NCBI GenBank assembly: GCA_036498305.1
Contig: DASYFS010000512.1
Span: 1 to 52,097, forward strand
Length of the DNA stretch: 52,097 nt
Reading direction: 5' to 3'
Source: Candidatus Elarobacter sp.
Lineage (GTDB): Bacteria; Vulcanimicrobiota; Vulcanimicrobiia; Vulcanimicrobiales; Vulcanimicrobiaceae
Part shown: positions 35,733 through 45,598 of the stretch, one piece after another
Layout: each line of letters begins with the position of its first letter
Numbering within the stretch: the stretch's first letter is position 1
Program-made: the position numbers and the translations under genes
Notes under the pieces: generated by a model
Told to the model about the DNA's origin: nothing
The model's input: only the letters and a program-made list of their open reading frames with translations
The model's database searches: none

Positions 35733-36247
35733 TCCGCTGCCCCGTCGAGATACGGCCACGGCATCCCGATTGCAGCGGCGAGCCGCCGTTCCTCGGCCTC
35801 CATCACGGCGCGCTCGCCGGCCGCGATGTGGTCGTGGCCCGCCAAGTGCAGGACGCTGTGGATCAACAGCCGCTGCACCTCGCGTTCGAGCGGCGCGTCG
35901 TACGCATCGGCTTGGCGTTGCGCGGTGTCGACGCTGACCACGACATCGCCGAGCATTCGCTCCACGCCGGGCGGCGTCGCATCAAGCGGCTGCGTCGGGC
36001 CGCTGCGGTCGAACGCTTCCGGCGCGTAGAGCGGAAAGCTCAGCACGTCGGTCGGCGCGTCTTTGCCGCGATGCTCGCGGTTCAGGCGCCGCATCTCGGG
36101 ATCGCGGATCAAGCTCAGGGAGAGGCTGGAGCCGTGCTCACCGATCTCCGCCAAGAGCCGTTCGACGACGTCGCGCAACGCTGCCGCGTCGAGCCCCGTC
36201 CCGCGCGTCCGGTTGTCGACGTAGATCACCGCGCCGCCGGCGATCAC
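35729..36247 (-). CDS. ybeY: rRNA maturation RNase YbeY
   Basis: MRRLNREHRGKD.PTDVLSF, LGDVVVS, HSVLHLAGHDH. Confidence 0.94.
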   Translation of the reverse strand: MIAGGAVIYVDNRTRGTGLDAAALRDVVERLLAEIGEHGSSLSLSLIRDPEMRRLNREHRGKDAPTDVLSFPLYAPEAFDRSGPTQPLDATPPGVERMLGDVVVSVDTAQRQADAYDAPLEREVQRLLIHSVLHLAGHDHIAAGERAVMEAEERRLAAAIGMPWPYLDGAAE

Positions 36248-37209
36248 GCGCCGCGTTCGCGCGCGAGCCGGTCGTACGCCGCGACGATCCGGCCGACCAG
36301 CGGATGACGGACGACGTCGGTCTCGTCGAGCCGCACGAAGCCGACGTCCTCGATCCCTTCGAACAGCCGCTCGACGTCGAGCAGCCCGCTGCGCTGACCG
36401 CGCGGGAGATCGATCTGCGTGTCGTCGCCGTTGACGACCATCTTCGAGCCGGCGCCGAGGCGCGTGAGGAACATCTTGAGCTGCTCGGGGGTCGTGTTCT
36501 GCGCCTCGTCGAGGATCACGAACGCGTCGCCGAGCGTGCGGCCGCGCATATATGCCAGCGGGGCGACCTCGATCGTCCCGCGCTCGAGGTACTTCGCCGT
36601 CGTGGCCTCTTCGAGCAGCTCTTGCAGCGCGTCGTAGAGCGGGCGCAGATACGGGTCGACCTTCTCTTTGAGATCGCCGGGGAGAAAGCCGAGCTTCTCG
36701 CCGGCTTCGACCGCCGGTCGTGAAAGGATGATGCGCGAGACCTGACGGCTCTTGAGCGCGCGCACGGCCATGACGATCGCAAGGAACGTCTTTCCGGTCC
36801 CGGCCGGTCCGATCGCAAACGTCAGCGTGTTGGCGTCGACCGTGGCGACGAGCGCGCGCTGGCCGGCGGTCTTCGGGCGGATCTCGCGGCCGCGCGACGT
36901 CGTCGCGAGCGTCGGCGGGATCCCACCGTCGCCGTTCGGATACGCGGTCGAACGCGCCGCGAGCGCGACGTCGTCCGGGGTGACCTGCGCGCCGCCGCGC
37001 GCGGCCGCAAGCATCGCTTCGAGGACGCGTTCGGCGCGCACGACGGCCGCCCGATCGCCGCTGACGTAGACGCGGTCGCCGTCGAGCCGCAAGACGACGG
37101 GGATCAGCGCCTCGAGGGCGTTCAGGTTCTGGTCGCGGTAGCCGCACAGGCGGATCGGTTCGGCGAGCCCGCCGAGGTCGAACGTCGCCTCGCTGGTGAT
37201 CGAAGGCAT
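36244..37209 (-). CDS. phoH: PhoH family ATPase
   Basis: GPAGTGKT, RPAVEAGEKLGFLPGD, PLAYMRGRT, DEAQN, DVVRH. Confidence 0.95.
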   Translation of the reverse strand: MPSITSEATFDLGGLAEPIRLCGYRDQNLNALEALIPVVLRLDGDRVYVSGDRAAVVRAERVLEAMLAAARGGAQVTPDDVALAARSTAYPNGDGGIPPTLATTSRGREIRPKTAGQRALVATVDANTLTFAIGPAGTGKTFLAIVMAVRALKSRQVSRIILSRPAVEAGEKLGFLPGDLKEKVDPYLRPLYDALQELLEEATTAKYLERGTIEVAPLAYMRGRTLGDAFVILDEAQNTTPEQLKMFLTRLGAGSKMVVNGDDTQIDLPRGQRSGLLDVERLFEGIEDVGFVRLDETDVVRHPLVGRIVAAYDRLARERGA

Positions 37210-37216
37210 GCTCCGA

Positions 37217-37639
37217 TTAGAACGCGTTTCGGGTCGGCGAGGTTGTCCTCAGCGCGACCGGCGGCCCCAAAACCTCGGCCAGGACGATCGCTCGCCGGGC
37301 GTGGTCGGGGTCGCCGAACAGCCCGAACAAGGGCGGGCGGGCGGTGGCTAGCGGCTGCAACGGCGCCAACGGCACGAGCGGTGGGGGCGCCGGCTGGATC
37401 TGCCGCCGCAGCGGAGGCGGGGCGGCGTACGCCGGAGGCGCCGCGTACGCCGCAGCCGGCGTGTACGCTGGAGGCGGCGGGGCTGCGGCCGGCCGTATGA
37501 CGGGCGCCGGCGGCGGCGGAGCGCCACGGGCGCTCGACCGATCCTGCGCGCGCCGGACGCCGCCCGCGATCCGGCTGATCCCGCCGATGATCAGCACCGC
37601 GATCGGGATCAGATAGCCGAGCCAGTCCAGATTGTGCAC
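37217..37639 (-). CDS. YqfB-like membrane-anchored Pro-rich protein
   Basis: N-terminal TM, Pro/Ala linker, C-terminal RRAIVLAEVLGPP; position after floA. Confidence 0.7.
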   Translation of the reverse strand: MHNLDWLGYLIPIAVLIIGGISRIAGGVRRAQDRSSARGAPPPPAPVIRPAAAPPPPAYTPAAAYAAPPAYAAPPPLRRQIQPAPPPLVPLAPLQPLATARPPLFGLFGDPDHARRAIVLAEVLGPPVALRTTSPTRNAF

Positions 37640-37642
37640 GGG

Positions 37643-38653
37643 CTACGACGTCGGGTTGGGGCCCGCCGGCGGCTGCGGGGGCGCGTTCCCCTCGCTGACG
37701 CTCGATCCGATCCCGCTGCGCATCTCGGTGTCCGCTTTGATGTTGTTGAGGCGGTAGTAGTCCATGACCCCCAGGTTCCCGGCGCGGAAGGCTTCGGCGA
37801 TCGCCTGCGGGATCAGCGCCTCGGCCTCGACGACCTTCGCGCGCATCGCCTGCGTGTTCGCCTTCTGCTCTTGCTCGGCCGCCAGCGCCGCGTATTGGCG
37901 CTCCGAGGCCTTGGCCTGCGCGATGCGCCGGTCGGCCTCGGCCTGCGAGGTCTGCAGGTCGGCGCCGATGTTCTTCCCGACGTCGACGTCGGCGATGTCG
38001 ATCGAGACGATCTCGAACGCCGTTCCGGCGTCGAGTCCCTTGGAGAGCACCGCCTTCGAGATGCGGTCGGGATACTCGAGGACTTCCTTGTGATCGGTCG
38101 CGGCACCAACCGCGCTGACGACGCCTTCGCCGACACGCGCGACGATCGTCGGCTCGCCGGCGCCGCCGACGTAACGGTCGAGGTTCGAGCGGACCGTGAT
38201 CCGCGCTTTGACGTTGAGCTGAATCCCGTTCTGCGCGACGCCCTGGAAGATCGGCGTCTCGATCACCTTCGGGTTCACCGAGGTCTGCAGCGCTTCGTAG
38301 ACGTCGCGGCCCGCGAGGTCGATCGCGGCCGCGCGCTGCCATTCCAGCGGGATCTGCGCGCGCTGTGCGGCGATCATCGACAGCGTAACCTTCTCGACGT
38401 TGCCGCCGGCCAGGACGTGCGACTGCAGTTGGTCGACCGTCAGCGGCAGCCCGGCCTTCCGCGCGCGAACGAGGTTCGAGACGATCAGCCCGGCCGGAAC
38501 ACCGATGATGCGCATCCGGATCAGCGCGCCGATCGAGAGCGGGACGCCGGCCGCGATCGTGCGGATCCACAATCCCAGCGGAAAGTAGTACAGAAAGAGG
38601 ATCAGCGCGACGAAGATCGCCAGCGCGATGATGACGAGCACGAAGGTTCCCAC
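37643..38653 (-). CDS. floA: Flotillin-like protein FloA
   Basis: [52 protein letters not shown]...NI.ADT.MR. Confidence 0.94.
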   Translation of the reverse strand: MGTFVLVIIALAIFVALILFLYYFPLGLWIRTIAAGVPLSIGALIRMRIIGVPAGLIVSNLVRARKAGLPLTVDQLQSHVLAGGNVEKVTLSMIAAQRAQIPLEWQRAAAIDLAGRDVYEALQTSVNPKVIETPIFQGVAQNGIQLNVKARITVRSNLDRYVGGAGEPTIVARVGEGVVSAVGAATDHKEVLEYPDRISKAVLSKGLDAGTAFEIVSIDIADVDVGKNIGADLQTSQAEADRRIAQAKASERQYAALAAEQEQKANTQAMRAKVVEAEALIPQAIAEAFRAGNLGVMDYYRLNNIKADTEMRSGIGSSVSEGNAPPQPPAGPNPTS

Positions 38654-38669
38654 GTCTACTCCTTGACGG

Positions 38670-39965
38670 CTACGCGATCGCTTCGGGGCGCACGAAAATC
38701 CGCGCGCCTTCGACTCGGGTCACGCGCACCGGCGTTCCGGCGGGGACGAAATCCCCCTCCGTGAGGACGTCGACCCGTACGTCCCCGAACGTCGCGACCC
38801 CGGCGGGCCGCAAGAACGACGCCGCGACGCCGACGCGGCCGAGCAGCGCACGATGATCGGCGCTGGCGACATAGTCGGGCCCTTGCGCGCCCGCGAACAT
38901 CAGCCGCTTCACGAATGCGTTCTCGGGTAGCGCGCGCTGCAGCAGGATGAAGAACACGACCGTCACCACGATCGCGATCGCGAGCGCTTGCAGCCCGCCG
39001 ACCAGGAACGGGATGCCGAACGCGAGCAGGACCGCGCCGATCAAGATCAGCGCCCCCAGCGACCCCGCGATCCCGTGACCGGGGAGAACGTGCAGCTCGA
39101 AGAGGATCAGCAGCAGCCCGACCACGGCGAGCGCGAGCACGATCCCGTTCGAGAAACCGGCGTAGATGTGCGTGCCGAAGAACAGTGCGAGCGCGGCGGC
39201 GCCGACGGCGCCCGCGATCCCGTGCAGCGTCTGCAGCTCGATCAACAGTCCGAGAAATCCGATCGAGAGCAGGATCCCGCTCACCGTCGGATCGGTCGCG
39301 AAGCGCGCGAGCTGCTCGGCCCACGAGTACGCCGCTTCACGGCGCGGCGCGGCGCCGACGCCGAAGCGCGTCAGCGCGGCGTCGAACGACGCGACGTTCG
39401 CCTCGGAGAACCCGGCATCGCGTGCACGGTCGGCGTTGAGGGTGAGGATCGTGTTCGGATCCTTGTAGTCGGGGACGTTCACGCCGGCGTCGACCATCGC
39501 CGCGGCGAGCTTCGCGTTGCGGTGGTAGTGCAGCGCGGTCGACTCGAACTCCGAGCGCAGCGCGCTGACGGTCTTCACCGTCTTCGGAATCGGCTGCGCC
39601 GCGCCGATCGACGCGCCGGGCGCCATCACGATCCGGCTCGCGGAGAGCGTCACCAGCGCACCGGCCGACCACGCCCGCACGACGTACGCATCGACCGGGA
39701 CGGTGCTGCCCAGGAGCGCGTCGCGGATCTCGGTCCCCGCCGAGACGAGCCCGCCGAAGGTGTTGACCCGCAGGACGATCGCGCGCGCGCCGTCGTTCTT
39801 CGCCTCCTCGACCGCCCGGGCGACGAGGTGAGCCATTCCCTCGTCGATCGTCCCTTCGATCGGGATCACGACCACTTCGCCGCGGCCCGCGGCGAACGCC
39901 GGCACGACCGCGGCCATCCCTCCGAACAGGAGGCACAGCAGGGAGACGAGCCGGCGAAGGGTCAC
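38670..39965 (-). CDS. nfeD: NfeD family membrane serine protease (YqeZ-like)
   Basis: [27 protein letters not shown]; TM domain; LRPAG OB-fold. Confidence 0.9.
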   Translation of the reverse strand: MTLRRLVSLLCLLFGGMAAVVPAFAAGRGEVVVIPIEGTIDEGMAHLVARAVEEAKNDGARAIVLRVNTFGGLVSAGTEIRDALLGSTVPVDAYVVRAWSAGALVTLSASRIVMAPGASIGAAQPIPKTVKTVSALRSEFESTALHYHRNAKLAAAMVDAGVNVPDYKDPNTILTLNADRARDAGFSEANVASFDAALTRFGVGAAPRREAAYSWAEQLARFATDPTVSGILLSIGFLGLLIELQTLHGIAGAVGAAALALFFGTHIYAGFSNGIVLALAVVGLLLILFELHVLPGHGIAGSLGALILIGAVLLAFGIPFLVGGLQALAIAIVVTVVFFILLQRALPENAFVKRLMFAGAQGPDYVASADHRALLGRVGVAASFLRPAGVATFGDVRVDVLTEGDFVPAGTPVRVTRVEGARIFVRPEAIA

Positions 39966-39995
39966 GCGGCCTGGTACCTGGCGGGCGGACCGAGG

Positions 39996-40442
39996 TTACG
40001 CAGAGGCGAGCTCCTCGCCGACGACCTGCCGGACGAGGTTACCGTCGGCGACGCCTTTCATCTGCGGCATGACGAGCTTCATCACGGCGCCCTGATTGCG
40101 GCCGTCGGCCGGCAGTGACGCGAGCGCCTCACGGACGACGCTGCGGATCTCGTCGGCGCTCTTCTGTTCGGGGAGATACTGCTGCAGGATCTCCCGCTCG
40201 CGCGTCTCTTTCTCGGCCAGCTCCGTGCGGCCGGCCTTGGAGAACTGGTCGATCGAGTCGGTCCGCTGCTTGACGAGCCGCTGCACCACCGCCTGCTGGT
40301 CCTCGTCGGAGAGCTCCGCCCCGGCTTCGATGCGGCGATAGTTGAACGCGGAGACGACGCTGCGCAGCGTGTCGAGGCGCACCTGATCGCGCGCCTTCAT
40401 CGCGTCCTTGAGGTCGCCCGTGATCCGGTCCTTGATGCTCAT
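39996..40442 (-). CDS. yqeY: GatB/YqeY domain protein
   Basis: DLKDAMKARD, KQR.DSI.QF...GR.ELA..E, YLP, G.VMK, ADG. Confidence 0.92.
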   Translation of the reverse strand: MSIKDRITGDLKDAMKARDQVRLDTLRSVVSAFNYRRIEAGAELSDEDQQAVVQRLVKQRTDSIDQFSKAGRTELAEKETREREILQQYLPEQKSADEIRSVVREALASLPADGRNQGAVMKLVMPQMKGVADGNLVRQVVGEELASA

Positions 40443-40455
40443 CGCCGAGAGAGTA

Positions 40456-40483
40456 CGGCCCAGGGACGCGTGTCCCTGGGCCG
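40456..40483. terminator. GC hairpin after the TonB-dependent receptor gene
   Basis: CGGCCCAGGGAC-GCGT-GTCCCTGGGCCG 12-bp inverted repeat. Confidence 0.55.
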
Positions 40484-40488
40484 CATCT

Positions 40489-43257
40489 CTAGCGGCCTAT
40501 GTGGTAGGTCGCCGAGAGGCGGATCGTCCGGGGCGGTGCCGCGATGCGGCTGGGGATGAACGGCAGCTGGATCTCGTTGCCGTTGTTGTCGACGGAGCCC
40601 GCGACCAGCGGCGTTCCGGCGCCCGGCGTCGGAAGATAGGTGCCGAAGTTGTTCGTGTTGAGCAGATTCTCGACCGCGAGCTGAATCTCGAATTTCTTCG
40701 TGATCGGCCGGCGCACGGAGAGGTCGACCTGCGTGAAGGGCGGCTGGAAGTACGGGTTGTTTTTCCCTTCGTAATCCACGCCCAGCTCCGCGTGAGTTCC
40801 GTCGGCCCAGCCGTACGTCAACTGCGCGTAGCCTTTGAGGTAGGGCAGACACGTCGGGATCCCCGGCGCGGCGACGCCGTTGCCGCAGATCTGCACGTTG
40901 TTGACCGGGAACGACGCAACGCCGGGGGTGTAGAGCGCCGGCGGCAGCCCTTCCACGATCGAGCGCTCCGCGGCGGCCTGCGCGTTGAAGCCGAGTCCGG
41001 TCCGCGGCGCGTACCGGTACTTCACCGTCACCAGCTGCGTCGTCAGCTTCGCGACGTTGATCGGCGAGAAGATCCCTTCGAGTCCGCCGTTCGCGGGGAC
41101 CGACGACGTCAGCTCCTCGAAGACGTTGTGGATAATCGAGTCGAGGAAGTCGAAGCTGAGCACGCTGCCGTTGCGGAAGCGTTTGTCGACGCCGACGTTG
41201 TAGAGAATCGCCACCTCCGGCAAGAGATCGGCGTTCTTCTCGGTCAGCGATCCGCCGAGCGCGTAGATCCCCAGCGACTGCGCCGGCTGTTCGTACGTCG
41301 CCAGACCGCTGAGCTGTCCGACGTACGGGAAGGTCGTCGACGTTCCCCAGGACGCGCGGTACGAGACGTCGTTCGTCGGGCGGAACGTCAGCGAGAGGTG
41401 CGGATCGAAGCGCGTGATCCCGCGCGTGAACGCAACCAGCGTCGCGTCTTGAAGGGAGCGCGGTTTGACGCCGCTGACCGTGTAGCGCGTGTCGTAGAGC
41501 CCGATATCGAGCGCGGTGTTGCGGATCAGCCGCAGATCGCTCGTCAGCGAGATCGTCGAATAGCGATCGGTCGAGAGCGGGACCGAGACGCCTTGCGGGT
41601 TGTTGACGTACGCGAACGTGCTCTGACCGTGGAAGTCGTACGTCAGGTTGAGCAGGTTGTCACCGAACGGGTGGAGGTACGAGAACGTCGAGCCGTAGAG
41701 CTTGTCGATCTCGAACGTCGAGTACGCGCTGTCGTAGCACGCCAGCTGGCCGTTGACGAAGGTCTGCCCCCCGGCCGAGTTCGAGGTGCTGCCGAACGCG
41801 TTACCGCACGCGGCGAGGAAGTCCGGATCGTTGGGTTTCCCCGGCGGCGAGAATCCGGCGGGGAAATAGATCTCGCCGGTCCCGATGATGATCTCCGGCT
41901 CGATGTTTCCAACGTAGGGCCGGATCAGAAGCGTGTCGTTCTTGCCGATCGACGTCCGCAGCTGCGCGTCGAAAAGCGTCTGGTTGTTGTAGATGTAGGA
42001 GCCGGGATACCACCCGTACGAGTTGACCGTGCTGCCGATGAGGTACGAGTTGTTCGGATTGGTGCAGATTCCGGTGTTCGGACCGCTGGGGTTCGTGCAG
42101 CCGATGATCTGGAGCGGTCCGAGCGAGGTGCCCCACGCCGTGCCTTGCGGGCTCCAGCCGCCCCACGCGCCGACGAAGCCTGCTTCGATCGAGGTCGAAG
42201 GGCTGAAATCGTAGTGGCCCTTGAGGACGGCGCCGCGGGTGAACAGCGAACCGCTGGCGTCACCGCAGAACTGAATGATCCCGGTGTTGTTGCCTTCGGG
42301 CGTCACGTCGCATTGCTTCGTCTGGTAGAAGGGGCCGTTCTGGCCGTCCGTTCCCAGACCGACGACGTATTGGAACTTCCCGGCCGAGCCGGTCGTCAGC
42401 AGGTGCGTGAACTGCGTCTGATAGTTGTCGACGCCGGTCGTCACCGACAGCGTCGTGTTGCGCGTGAATGCAGGCGTCAACAGGTTCGCGGTGCCGCCGA
42501 CGGCGAGGTTCGCGAACGGCGTCGTGTTGCCGGGTCCGGTCTGCGTCTCGACGCCGCCGAGCAGATACGACGGGAAATAGGTGCTGACCCAAACGCCGTA
42601 TTGGCCCAGCGCCAGCGGGTGGCCGTCGATGAGGACCTGCGTCTCGTACGGCTGCACGCCGCCGACGATGATCGCCGTGTCTTGCTGGCTTCCCATCTTC
42701 TGGATCGAGACTTCGGGGATGCGCTGGAGCACGTCGTTGATCTGCGGGTTTCCGAGATCGGCGAACGTCTGCCCGGTGACGAACGACGAGACGGCAGTTC
42801 CCGTGTTGATCGCGCTGCCGGTCCCGCGCGTCGCGGTCGAGACCCGGCCGATCGTCTGCAGCGTGCTGAGGGTGAGCTGGTTGAGCGACACCGTCACCGG
42901 AACGGTCGAACCGGGCGTGACGGCGAGGTCGTCGAGGTAGGCCGGCACGTATCCCGGACGCGTCACCTCGACCCGGTAGACGCCGGCGGGAACGCTCGCA
43001 GAGAAGAGTCCGTTCGCGTCGGTCGTCGTGGTGGTCGTGGTCGGTCCGGTGATGCGCACCGTCGCGCCTGCGACGGGGCCTTGTGCGCTGCGGACGGTCC
43101 CTTGAACCGTCGCTGCGGCGGCCGCGGCCGGAACCTGCGCGAGCACGGCCGCCGGCGGGGAAGGCGGGTCGGCGGCGAGCGCCGGACCGGCCAGAATCGT
43201 CGGCACGGCCGCTGCGCAAAGGAATGCGCACAGCCGGCCAATGTTCAGAATTGGCAT
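40489..43257 (-). CDS. TonB-dependent receptor with N-terminal carboxypeptidase-regulatory-like domain
   Basis: Signal peptide; GTV...GPVAGATV...TTDANG.F...G.Y.V...PGY; plug VLIDGHP, GGTAN; barrel end VENLLN...RTIRLSATY. Confidence 0.87.
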   Translation of the reverse strand: MPILNIGRLCAFLCAAAVPTILAGPALAADPPSPPAAVLAQVPAAAAAATVQGTVRSAQGPVAGATVRITGPTTTTTTTDANGLFSASVPAGVYRVEVTRPGYVPAYLDDLAVTPGSTVPVTVSLNQLTLSTLQTIGRVSTATRGTGSAINTGTAVSSFVTGQTFADLGNPQINDVLQRIPEVSIQKMGSQQDTAIIVGGVQPYETQVLIDGHPLALGQYGVWVSTYFPSYLLGGVETQTGPGNTTPFANLAVGGTANLLTPAFTRNTTLSVTTGVDNYQTQFTHLLTTGSAGKFQYVVGLGTDGQNGPFYQTKQCDVTPEGNNTGIIQFCGDASGSLFTRGAVLKGHYDFSPSTSIEAGFVGAWGGWSPQGTAWGTSLGPLQIIGCTNPSGPNTGICTNPNNSYLIGSTVNSYGWYPGSYIYNNQTLFDAQLRTSIGKNDTLLIRPYVGNIEPEIIIGTGEIYFPAGFSPPGKPNDPDFLAACGNAFGSTSNSAGGQTFVNGQLACYDSAYSTFEIDKLYGSTFSYLHPFGDNLLNLTYDFHGQSTFAYVNNPQGVSVPLSTDRYSTISLTSDLRLIRNTALDIGLYDTRYTVSGVKPRSLQDATLVAFTRGITRFDPHLSLTFRPTNDVSYRASWGTSTTFPYVGQLSGLATYEQPAQSLGIYALGGSLTEKNADLLPEVAILYNVGVDKRFRNGSVLSFDFLDSIIHNVFEELTSSVPANGGLEGIFSPINVAKLTTQLVTVKYRYAPRTGLGFNAQAAAERSIVEGLPPALYTPGVASFPVNNVQICGNGVAAPGIPTCLPYLKGYAQLTYGWADGTHAELGVDYEGKNNPYFQPPFTQVDLSVRRPITKKFEIQLAVENLLNTNNFGTYLPTPGAGTPLVAGSVDNNGNEIQLPFIPSRIAAPPRTIRLSATYHIGR

Positions 43258-43261
43258 TCTT

Positions 43262-43282
43262 ATGCTTGTGTTAACCAAGCAT
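43262..43282. promoter_or_regulatory. Palindromic operator candidate upstream of the receptor
   Basis: ATGCTTG-TGTTAAC-CAAGCAT (7-7-7 inverted repeat, AT-rich in a GC-rich context). Confidence 0.55.
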
Positions 43283-43362
43283 CCGAGTCCTGTGTCTACA
43301 ACGCGAAAACGGCGCCCGCCCCGTAGGACAAACGCCGTACATCACGTCTTCGGAAGCGGGCG

Positions 43363-43533
43363 CTAGCTGCGGCGCTTACGGGCTGCCGCGCTCTTCTTCT
43401 TGCGGCGGACGCTGGGCTTCTCGTAGTGCTCGTGCTTGCGCGCTTCAGCGAGGACGCCGGCCTTCTGCGTCGCCTTCTTAAAGCGGCGCAGAGCGCTCTC
43501 GATCGTCTCACCGGGTGCAACTCGAATCTCCAT
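43363..43533 (-). CDS. rpsU: 30S ribosomal protein S21
   Basis: ESALRRFKK...[17 protein letters not shown]; SD GGAGGTG. Confidence 0.96.
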   Translation of the reverse strand: MEIRVAPGETIESALRRFKKATQKAGVLAEARKHEHYEKPSVRRKKKSAAARKRRS

Positions 43534-43598
43534 GCTACGAAACACCTCCCCTCGTCGCGGCCGAAACCGCCTCGTGACCCGTATGGGCCCGAAGACGA

Positions 43599-43627
43599 AC
43601 GATACCACGGCGGGGGCTTCTTGTCGA
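43599..43627 (-). promoter_or_regulatory. sigma70-type promoter for rpsU
   Basis: TCGACA-17 nt-TATCGT with TG extension. Confidence 0.55.
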
Positions 43628-43632
43628 GGAAG

Positions 43633-43977
43633 TCAGCCCGGCGGCCAGCTCATGTGACGGCCGGCGAGGACGTGCGCGTGGAGGTGGTGGACGGTCTGGC
43701 CGCCGTCCGGGCCCTCGTTCATGACGACGCGGTAGCCGTCGCGGCCGAAGCGTTTCCCGAGCTCGGCGGCGGCGGCGAGCAGCCGCGTCGCCTTGGGCGC
43801 GTCCTGCGCCATGAAGTCGCTGAGGTGATCGGCGTGCACCGTCGGTATCACCAGGATGTGCGTCGGCGCTTGCGGGTTGAGGTCGCGGAACGCGACGACG
43901 TCGTCGTCGCGCAGCACCTCGTCGGCGGGGATTTCCTTGCGCACGATCTTGCAGAAGATGCAGTCGGCCGCCATCAT
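43633..43977 (-). CDS. Histidine triad (HIT) nucleotide-binding protein
   Basis: DCIFCKI, AF.D.NPQAPTHIL, GQTVHHLHAHVL.GR...WPPG. Confidence 0.94.
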   Translation of the reverse strand: MMAADCIFCKIVRKEIPADEVLRDDDVVAFRDLNPQAPTHILVIPTVHADHLSDFMAQDAPKATRLLAAAAELGKRFGRDGYRVVMNEGPDGGQTVHHLHAHVLAGRHMSWPPG

Positions 43978-45581
43978 GAACCTCCGGGCGCTTTCACCAG
44001 CGCGAAATGGTACGAGGTGTTGGGACTGGCGACGTATCCTTTGACCGACGCCTTCATCACCAGCGGGACGGTGGTGTGTACGAGGGAGATCGCCGGCACC
44101 TGATCGTGGACCACGGCGTTCGCGTGCTGATAGATCGGCGCGCGATCGGCATCCTTCGCCAGCGCCTGGCCTTGCAGCATCAGGGCGTGGAACGCACCGT
44201 CGCGCCAGAACGAGTAGTTCTGCGCCGTCCCGTCCTTGTGCGCGGAGTCCTGATCGAGCAGCGGGTAGAAGAAATTGTCGGGATCGCCGTTATCGCCGGT
44301 CCAGCCGATCAGGCACATGTCGTGCTCGCCGTGCTTGATCTTGTTGAGGAAGACGCCCCACTCGAACGGCTGGAGCGTCACTTGGATCCCGCCGTCGCGC
44401 AGGTTCGCCTGGATCGTCTCGGCGACGCGGCCGGGCTCGGGGAGATACGGCCGGGGCGCGGTCGAGTAGTAGAGCGTCGTCGAGAACCCGTTCGGGTAGC
44501 CGGCAGCAGCGAGCAGCTTCTTCGCCGCCGCGACGTCGTGCGGGTAGGGCCGCACGGCCGCGTTCTCGCCGAGCATCCCGGGCGGCGTCCAGTTGCCCGC
44601 GGGGACCGCGCCGCTCGAGTACAGGCTCTTCGCCATCGTCGCGACGTCGACGAGCGACGCGACGGCACGGCGGACGCGCACGTCGCCGAACGGCTTCTTC
44701 TCGACGTCCATCGCGAGGTAGCTGACGTTGTTCGAGGGCTGCTGCACGACAGTGAGGTTCTTCTCCCCCGCCAAGCGCTTCGCGTCGTCGGGCGTGGGAT
44801 CGGTCAGCATGTCGATCTCGCCCTTCTCGATCGACGAGACGCTCGTCGCGGGATCGGGGATGTCGCGGATGATCACCGTGCCGTAGCCCGGTGTGGGGCC
44901 GCTCCACTTCGGGTTCGCGACGAGGGTGATGTGGTCGTCGCGCACCCACTCCGAGACCATGTACGGTCCGCTGCCGACCGGCTTGAGCTCGAACGCCTTC
45001 GCATCGGCGTTGATCGCGGCGGGCGAGCCGAGCTCGAAGGCCTGTTCGGCGAGATCGCGCAGGAACGGGCCGACCGGCTTCGCGAGCGTGACGACGACGC
45101 GCGTCGGCGTCGGCGCCTCCACGTCGGCGATCACGCCGGGGAAGCCCCCGAAGACGTCGGCGTAGTACGGATAGGCAAACGCGCCGTGCGCCGGCGACGA
45201 GGTGAGCCGCCAGCGATCGAGGTTGAACTTCACCGCCTTCGCGTCGAGCGGCGTTCCGTCGCTGAAGACGAGGTTCGGCTTGAGCTCGAACGTCCAGGTG
45301 CGGCCGTCGCCGCTCGCCGACCACGACTTCGCGGCATCGCCGACGATCTCGAACGAGCCCGGTTTGAAGGTCACGATCCCCTGCATCACTTCGTTGGTGA
45401 CGTTGAGCGAGAGGCCGTCGGTCGCGTGCGATGGGTCGAGGACGACGGCGTCTTTCACCCGCGCCATGATCAGCGGCGTCCCGCCGCCCGAAGCGCCCGT
45501 CGCGTTCGATCCGCCGCCGCACGCGCAGAGCGTAGCCGCGAAAAGCGCGGCGGCCGCGCTGCGAAGTCCGAGTGCTGCGAT
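43974..45581 (-). CDS. ABC peptide-binding lipoprotein (DppA/OppA family 5), putative ATC start
   Basis: Lipobox LCAC-G; LDP, W....DG.TW.F.L, FSDGTP, PVGSGPY, PF.D.RVR.A, GWTGDNGDPDNF; AAGGAG 6 nt before ATC. Confidence 0.88.
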   Translation of the reverse strand: MAALGLRSAAAALFAATLCACGGGSNATGASGGGTPLIMARVKDAVVLDPSHATDGLSLNVTNEVMQGIVTFKPGSFEIVGDAAKSWSASGDGRTWTFELKPNLVFSDGTPLDAKAVKFNLDRWRLTSSPAHGAFAYPYYADVFGGFPGVIADVEAPTPTRVVVTLAKPVGPFLRDLAEQAFELGSPAAINADAKAFELKPVGSGPYMVSEWVRDDHITLVANPKWSGPTPGYGTVIIRDIPDPATSVSSIEKGEIDMLTDPTPDDAKRLAGEKNLTVVQQPSNNVSYLAMDVEKKPFGDVRVRRAVASLVDVATMAKSLYSSGAVPAGNWTPPGMLGENAAVRPYPHDVAAAKKLLAAAGYPNGFSTTLYYSTAPRPYLPEPGRVAETIQANLRDGGIQVTLQPFEWGVFLNKIKHGEHDMCLIGWTGDNGDPDNFFYPLLDQDSAHKDGTAQNYSFWRDGAFHALMLQGQALAKDADRAPIYQHANAVVHDQVPAISLVHTTVPLVMKASVKGYVASPNTSYHFALVKAPGGS

Positions 45582-45598
45582 GAGGGTCTCCTTCGTGC

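Noticed and set aside
43018-43042. Thr-run low-complexity repeat (TTTTTTT) in the receptor as a phase-variable tract
   Set aside because: Mixed ACC/ACG codons; an ordinary beta-strand of the N-terminal domain rather than a pure simple repeat.
40408-43326. 972-aa plus-strand ORF and the many other long Arg/Ala-rich ORFs in the track
   Set aside because: Shadow frames antisense to or overlapping well-supported genes, as expected at this GC content; no motifs.
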